From: an uncultured Verrucomicrobiae bacterium
GTDB lineage: Bacteria > Verrucomicrobiota > Verrucomicrobiia > Limisphaerales > Palsa-1400
DNA length: 64,000 nt
Direction: 5' to 3'
Assembly (NCBI GenBank): GCA_963707025.1
Contig: CAVPOM010000012.1
Coordinates: 320,001-384,000 of the forward strand
Below the pieces are notes generated by a model. That model searched no databases. It saw only the letters and a program-made list of their open reading frames with translations, and had not been told where the DNA came from. Within the stretch, counting starts at the first letter, position 1; each line of letters starts with the position of its first letter. The position numbers were made by a program, and so were the translations under genes. Positions 58,623 to 64,000 of this stretch are shown here, in pieces.

Positions 58623-61600
58623 ATGAAACTGTTGAACTTGTTTCGCCCATGTCTTTCCGTTGCGTTTTTTGCACTCGCGCAAGCAGTGGCTCTGGCCAAC
58701 CCGGGCGGCGGCGTGGTCGTCGCGGGCGCCGCCACTTTCGGAGGCTCCCCCAGCGCCTTGACCATCAATCAGAATTCGAGCCGGGCGGTGATTGACTGGA
58801 ATTCGTTCAGCATCGGCGCCGGACAAAGCACCACCTTTCGTTTCTATGGCCCCGCCGGGGCGGGCAGCGCCGTGCTCAATCGCGTCAGTCCCGGGGCGGG
58901 GCCGACGATCATCAATGGCCTGCTCAATTCTTTTGTCGGTGGCGGCAACGTCGTGGGCGGCAGCGTGTACCTGATCAATCCCAGCGGTTTGCTCATCGGC
59001 GCCCGGGGCGCCATCAACGTCGGCAGCTTCGTCGGCACGACGCTTTCGGTTGATAACAGTTCATTTATGCAAGGAGCGGGCGCGCTGACCTTGGGAGGGC
59101 CTAATGCCGCCCCCGGCTCGGCTGCTGCGATTAATAATCAGGGCAACATCAATGCTTTGGGGGGCGACATCTTTCTGATCGCTCAACAAGTTGAAAACAG
59201 CGGTTCGCTCTCCGGCAACCATGTCGGCCTTGCCGCTGGTTCGTATGTTCAAATCAACCAGCCCGGCCAACCCGGTGCCGAGCGCATCTCGATTCTGGCC
59301 GGCAATCCCTCCACCTCCGGCGGCGCCGGTGTGCAAAACACAGCCTCGGGAGTCATCCAGGCCGTCACCGCCGAATTGGCGGCTGCCGGCGGCAATATTT
59401 ATGCCCTGGCCATCCGCAACGATGGGATGGTCCATGCCAACACCATCACGTCTGAGGGCGGCCACATTTACTTGACCGCTGGCGGCGGCAATATTCTCAA
59501 CACCGGCGTCCTTGCCGCCAACAATTCCTCGGGGAACGGCGGTTCCATCACGATCAATGCGGGCCACAACGCCTCCGCTCCCTCCACCGTCGTCAACACC
59601 GGCTCCATCGAGGCGCGCGGTGAGGCCGGCAATGGGGGGACGGTCGAGATCACGGGCGACCAGTTGACCCTTGCCTCCGGCTCTTTGGTGGATGTCAGCG
59701 GCCGCTCCGGCGGCGGCACTGCTCTCATCGGCGGCGGCCCTCATGGCGCCGACGCGTCCGTGCCAAACGCCTCGCGCACGACCGTCGCCGCGGGGGCGGT
59801 TATTGATGCGGACGCTTTGAGTTCGGGCCAGGGCGGCCAAGTGGTCGTTTGGGGAACCGACTCCCTGCAATTCGATGGGGCCATCACCGCCCGTGGCGGC
59901 GCTGGCGGCGGAAACGGCGGGCAGGTGGAAGTCTCCGGCCACAACAACTACGAATTTTCCGGGACGGTGGATACTTCGGCGCCGCATGGGAGTGTCGGCC
60001 ATTTGCTGATTGATCCCACCGACCTGACCATTGATAACAACAACACCGGCGACACCGCCGCGCATCTGTATTGGGGCACTCTGACCCATCTGCTGACGCT
60101 CAACGATGTTTCGGTCACAACCGTCGGCAGCCTCCCCAACGGCGCCGACACGGGAGCCTTGACCACCGCCGGGTCCGTTGACTTGAACTCGATCTATGAT
60201 TTAACGCTCCAAGCGCAAGGACTTTTGACGGTCGGAGGCGCCATCAGAAACAGCTTGTCCGGTTCTTTGACGCTGGACAGCGTTGGCGCCGGGATCACGA
60301 TTGGCGCTCCCATCACTCTGGCCGGCGGCGGGCTGACCCTGACCAGCGCCGGAGCCATGGCCATCAACTACGACCTTACGGCCGGTTCTGTGTCCGCCCA
60401 TTCGGGAATCAGCGGCGCCGGCGATCTTTCTTTTGGGGCGGGCGTGACGGTGCAGGCTGACAGTCAATCCTATCAGGCTGGGATTGGCAATGGTGGGTCA
60501 GCCGCCGGCCCGCAAGCCTTTCTCTCGCTCAACACTCCCAACTTCTGGAATAGCGCGGGCACGGCATCCGCCGTCACATTTGGTTATCGCCAGGACGGGT
60601 CCGTTGCCACCTACATTCCTGCGGCATCGCAATTCTTTAACGGCACCCCTCCGGCCAATTATTCCATCCGGTCCGACGGCGGGAACCTGACGATCAACAC
60701 TGGCGCCGACCTGGCGGGAAGCGCCCTGACATTGCAGGCCCATGGCACGCTCAGCATAGACGACGACCTTTCGTTGACGTCACTCAGCGCAACCGCAAAC
60801 GCTGTTGCTCTGAACGGGACCGGCGGCTCCGAGACGATAACAACCACCGGGGGCGATCAGAGCTACATGGGGACGGTGACATTGGGAGCGGCCACGACGC
60901 TGAACAGCGGGACCATTGAACTGGCCGCGGTGACGGGAGGGGGCTTTGATTTGACGCTGAACAACACGGGTGTGGCGACGTTGAACGGGGCGGAGAGCGG
61001 ATTGGGGACATTGACGGCCAGCGGGAGCGGAACCTTGGTGGTGAACAACACGATTTCCGGGGCTGCGGTCAGCGACAACGAAGTGACGGCGCTGAACGGG
61101 ACCGGCGGCGCCGAGACCTTAACGACCGTCGGGGGCGATCAGGACTATATGAAGGCGGTGACATTGGGAGCGGCCACGACGTTGAACAGCGGGACTATTG
61201 AACTGGCCGGGGTGACGGGAGCGGGCTTTGGTTTGACGCTGAATAACACGGGAGCGGCGACCTTGAACGGAGCGGAGAGCGGATTGGGAACACTGACGGC
61301 CAGCGGGAGCGGGACCTTGGCGGTGGACAACACGATTTCCGGGGCAGCGGTCAGCGACAACGAAGTGACGACGCTGAACGGGACCGGCGGTGCCGAGACC
61401 ATAACGACCACCGCGGGTGATCAGGACTACATGAAGGCGGTGACATTGGGGGCGGCCACGACGTTGAACAGCGGGACTATTGAACTGGCCGGGGTGACGG
61501 GAGCGGACTTTGGTTTGACGCTGAACAACACGGGCGCGGCGACGTTGAACGGGGCGGAGAGCGGACTAGGGACGTTGACGGCCAGCGGGAGCGGGACCCT

Positions 61601-64000
61601 GGTGGTGGACAACACGATTTTCGGGGCAGCGGTCAGCGACAACGAAGTGACGACGCTGAACGGGACCGGCGGTTTGGAAACCATAACGACGGCCGGGGGC
61701 GATCAGGACTACACGAAGGCGGTGACGTTGGGAGCGGCCACGATCTTGAACAGCGGGACCATTGAACTGGCCGGGGTGACGGGAGGGGGCTTCGGTTTGA
61801 CGCTGAACAACACGGGCGTGGCGACGTTGAACGGGGCGGAGAGCGGATTGGGGACGCTGACGGCCGGCGGCAGCGGGACGCTGGTGGTGAACAACACGAT
61901 TTCCGGGGCAGCGGTCAGCGACAACGAAGTGACGACGCTGAACGGGACCGGCGGTGCCGAGACCATAACGACGCTCGCGGGCGATCAGGACTACACGAAG
62001 GCGGTGACGTTGGGAGCGGCCACAACGCTGAACAGCGGAACCATTGAACTGGCTGGGGTGACGGGAGCGGGCTTTGGTTTGACGCTAAACAACACGGGCG
62101 TGGCGACGTTGAACGGGGCGGAGAGCGGATTGGGAACATTGACGGCCAGCGGGAGCGGGACCTTGGCGGTGGACAACACGATTTCCGGTGCAGCGGTCAG
62201 CGACAACGAAATGACGACGCTGAACGGGACCGGCGGTTTGGAGACCATAACGACGCTCGCGGGCGATCAGGACTACATGAAGGCAGTGACGTTGGGAGCG
62301 GCCACGATCTTGAACAGCGGGACCATTGAACTGGCCGGGGTGACGGGAGGGGGCTTCGGTTTGACGCTGAACAACACGGGCGTGGCGACGTTGAACGGGG
62401 CGGAGAGCGGATTGGGGACATTGACGGCCAGCGGCAGCGGGACCCTGGTGGTGGACAACACGATTTCCGGGGCAGCGGTCAGCGACAACGAAGTGACGGC
62501 GTTGAACGGGGCTGGCGGTGCCGAGATCATAACGACGCTCGTGGGGGATCAGGACTACATGAAGGCGGTGACGTTGGGAGCGGCCACGACGCTGAACAGC
62601 GGGACTATTGAACTGGCCGGGGTGACGGGAGCGGGCTTTGATTTGACGCTGAACAACACGGGCGTGGCGACGTTGAACGGGGCGGAGAGCGGCGTTGGCG
62701 TCCTGACGGCCTCGGCCAGCGCCGGAGCATCGTTGACGGTGGACAACACGATTTCAGCCGGGACGCTAACTGACAACCAGGCCACGACGCTCAACGGAAC
62801 GGGCGGCAGCGAGACGATCACCACCACGGGCGGAGACCAGGATTACACCAAGGGTGTGACGCTGGGAGCGCCCACCATCTTGAACAGCGGGACGATCGAA
62901 CTGGCGGTGGTGACGGGGGGCGGCAACAGCCTGACGTTGAACAATACCGGAGCGGCGACCTTGAACGGAGCGGAGAGCGGATTGGGGACGTTGACGGCCA
63001 GCGGGAGCGGGACCCTGGCGGTGGACAACACGATTTCCGGGGCAGCGGTCAGCGACAACGAAGTGACGGCGCTGAACGGGACCGGCGGCTTGGAGACCAT
63101 AACGACGCTCGCGGGCGATCAGGACTACACGAAGGCGGTGACTTTGGGAGCGGCCACGATCTTGAACAGCGGGACCATTGAACTGGCCGGGGTGACGGGA
63201 GGGGGCTTCGATTTGACGCTGAACAACACGGGTGTGGCGACGTTGAGCGGGGCGGAGAGCGGATTGGGGACATTGACGGCCAGCGGCAGCGGGACCCTGG
63301 CAGTGAACAACACGATTTCCGGGGCAGCGGTGAGCGACCTCGAAGTGACGACGCTGAATGGGACCGGCGGTTTGGAGACCATAACGACCATCGGGGGTGA
63401 TCAGGACTACACGAAGACGGTGACGTTGGGAGGGGCCGCGACCTTGAACAGCGGGACCATTGAACTGGCCGGGGTGACGGGAGGGGGCTTTGATTTGACG
63501 CTCAACAACACGGGCATGGCGACGTTGAACGGGGCGGAGAGCGGATTGGGGACGTTGACGGCCAGCGGGAGCGGGACCTTGGCGGTGGACAACACGATTT
63601 CCGGGGCAGCGGTCAGCGACAACGAAGTAACGACGCTGAACGGGACCGGCGGTGCCGAGACCATAACGACGCTCGCGGGCGATCAGGACTACACGAAGGC
63701 GGTGACGTTGGGAGCGGCCACGGCGCTGAACAGCGGGACCATTGAACTGGCCGGGGTGACGGGAGCGGGCTTTGGTTTGACGCTGAACAACACGGGCGCG
63801 GCGATGTTGAACGGGGCGGAGAGCGGATTGGGGACGCTGACGGCCAGCGGCAGCGGGACCCTGGTGGTGGACAACACGATTTCCGGGGCAGCGGTCAGTG
63901 ACAACGAAGTGACGACGCTGAACGGGACCGGCGGTTTGGAGACCATAACGACCATCGGGGGCGATCAGGACTACACGAAGGCGGTGACGTTGGGAGCGGC
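58623..64000 (+). CDS. Filamentous haemagglutinin-like TpsA exoprotein, partial; runs off the window and is absent from the ORF track
   Basis: MKLLNLFRPCLSVAFFALAQAVALA-NPGGGVVVAG; AVIDWNSFSIG; AVLNRV; VYLINPSG; GGQVEVSG; GHLLIDP. The frame at the start matches the frame of the repeats at the window end. Confidence 0.92.
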   Translation, partial: MKLLNLFRPCLSVAFFALAQAVALANPGGGVVVAGAATFGGSPSALTINQNSSRAVIDWNSFSIGAGQSTTFRFYGPAGAGSAVLNRVSPGAGPTIINGLLNSFVGGGNVVGGSVYLINPSGLLIGARGAINVGSFVGTTLSVDNSSFMQGAGALTLGGPNAAPGSAAAINNQGNINALGGDIFLIAQQVENSGSLSGNHVGLAAGSYVQINQPGQPGAERISILAGNPSTSGGAGVQNTASGVIQAVTAELAAAGGNIYALAIRNDGMVHANTITSEGGHIYLTAGGGNILNTGVLAANNSSGNGGSITINAGHNASAPSTVVNTGSIEARGEAGNGGTVEITGDQLTLASGSLVDVSGRSGGGTALIGGGPHGADASVPNASRTTVAAGAVIDADALSSGQGGQVVVWGTDSLQFDGAITARGGAGGGNGGQVEVSGHNNYEFSGTVDTSAPHGSVGHLLIDPTDLTIDNNNTGDTAAHLYWGTLTHLLTLNDVSVTTVGSLPNGADTGALTTAGSVDLNSIYDLTLQAQGLLTVGGAIRNSLSGSLTLDSVGAGITIGAPITLAGGGLTLTSAGAMAINYDLTAGSVSAHSGISGAGDLSFGAGVTVQADSQSYQAGIGNGGSAAGPQAFLSLNTPNFWNSAGTASAVTFGYRQDGSVATYIPAASQFFNGTPPANYSIRSDGGNLTINTGADLAGSALTLQAHGTLSIDDDLSLTSLSATANAVALNGTGGSETITTTGGDQSYMGTVTLGAATTLNSGTIELAAVTGGGFDLTLNNTGVATLNGAESGLGTLTASGSGTLVVNNTISGAAVSDNEVTALNGTGGAETLTTVGGDQDYMKAVTLGAATTLNSGTIELAGVTGAGFGLTLNNTGAATLNGAESGLGTLTASGSGTLAVDNTISGAAVSDNEVTTLNGTGGAETITTTAGDQDYMKAVTLGAATTLNSGTIELAGVTGADFGLTLNNTGAATLNGAESGLGTLTASGSGTLVVDNTIFGAAVSDNEVTTLNGTGGLETITTAGGDQDYTKAVTLGAATILNSGTIELAGVTGGGFGLTLNNTGVATLNGAESGLGTLTAGGSGTLVVNNTISGAAVSDNEVTTLNGTGGAETITTLAGDQDYTKAVTLGAATTLNSGTIELAGVTGAGFGLTLNNTGVATLNGAESGLGTLTASGSGTLAVDNTISGAAVSDNEMTTLNGTGGLETITTLAGDQDYMKAVTLGAATILNSGTIELAGVTGGGFGLTLNNTGVATLNGAESGLGTLTASGSGTLVVDNTISGAAVSDNEVTALNGAGGAEIITTLVGDQDYMKAVTLGAATTLNSGTIELAGVTGAGFDLTLNNTGVATLNGAESGVGVLTASASAGASLTVDNTISAGTLTDNQATTLNGTGGSETITTTGGDQDYTKGVTLGAPTILNSGTIELAVVTGGGNSLTLNNTGAATLNGAESGLGTLTASGSGTLAVDNTISGAAVSDNEVTALNGTGGLETITTLAGDQDYTKAVTLGAATILNSGTIELAGVTGGGFDLTLNNTGVATLSGAESGLGTLTASGSGTLAVNNTISGAAVSDLEVTTLNGTGGLETITTIGGDQDYTKTVTLGGAATLNSGTIELAGVTGGGFDLTLNNTGMATLNGAESGLGTLTASGSGTLAVDNTISGAAVSDNEVTTLNGTGGAETITTLAGDQDYTKAVTLGAATALNSGTIELAGVTGAGFGLTLNNTGAAMLNGAESGLGTLTASGSGTLVVDNTISGAAVSDNEVTTLNGTGGLETITTIGGDQDYTKAVTLGA
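60790..64000 (+). repeat. At least 11 tandem 282-bp (94-aa) coding repeats
   Basis: GDQDYTKAVTLGAATTLNSGTIELAGVTG...LNGTGG.ETITT recurs every 282 bp, with one divergent 288-bp unit near 62690-62900. Confidence 0.95.

Overview
GC-rich bacterial DNA. The gene style (DUF1559-type prepilin, C-terminal 'FYRxxxP' tails, hepta/hexamer intergenic repeats) suggests Verrucomicrobiota, Pedosphaera/Limisphaerales-like; this is inference. The window has five blocks. (1) 1-20.6 kb: a secreted glycan-degradation cluster (GH43+CBM, two GH95-like proteins, GH87-like, malectin-GH3, LamG/FN3 multidomain proteins, a prepilin-like protein) directly downstream of tRNA-Leu(TAA). Five of its promoter regions share an ATCCCC-N6-GGGGAT motif. 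(2) 22.5-34 kb: an IS hotspot with four IS3-family copies of two types, an IS4-family element carrying a divergent second ORF and inserted into a REP, an IS1-like remnant and broken low-GC membrane-protein genes. (3) 34-41 kb: a TPR lipoprotein truncated by IS3, a Gfo/Idh/MocA oxidoreductase, a phosphohexomutase lacking its catalytic residues, a lone nuoA, and an Xre antitoxin beside an internally deleted RES toxin. (4) A MoxR/DUF58/transglutaminase operon. (5) 46-64 kb: a surface/secretion locus with two pseudokinase-like proteins, an Ig-repeat adhesin, a possible TssJ-like lipoprotein and a filamentous haemagglutinin-like TpsA that runs off the window. Three single-base frameshifts and one in-frame TGA in otherwise intact genes may be assembly errors. 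All calls come from reading the sequence by eye; no searches were run.
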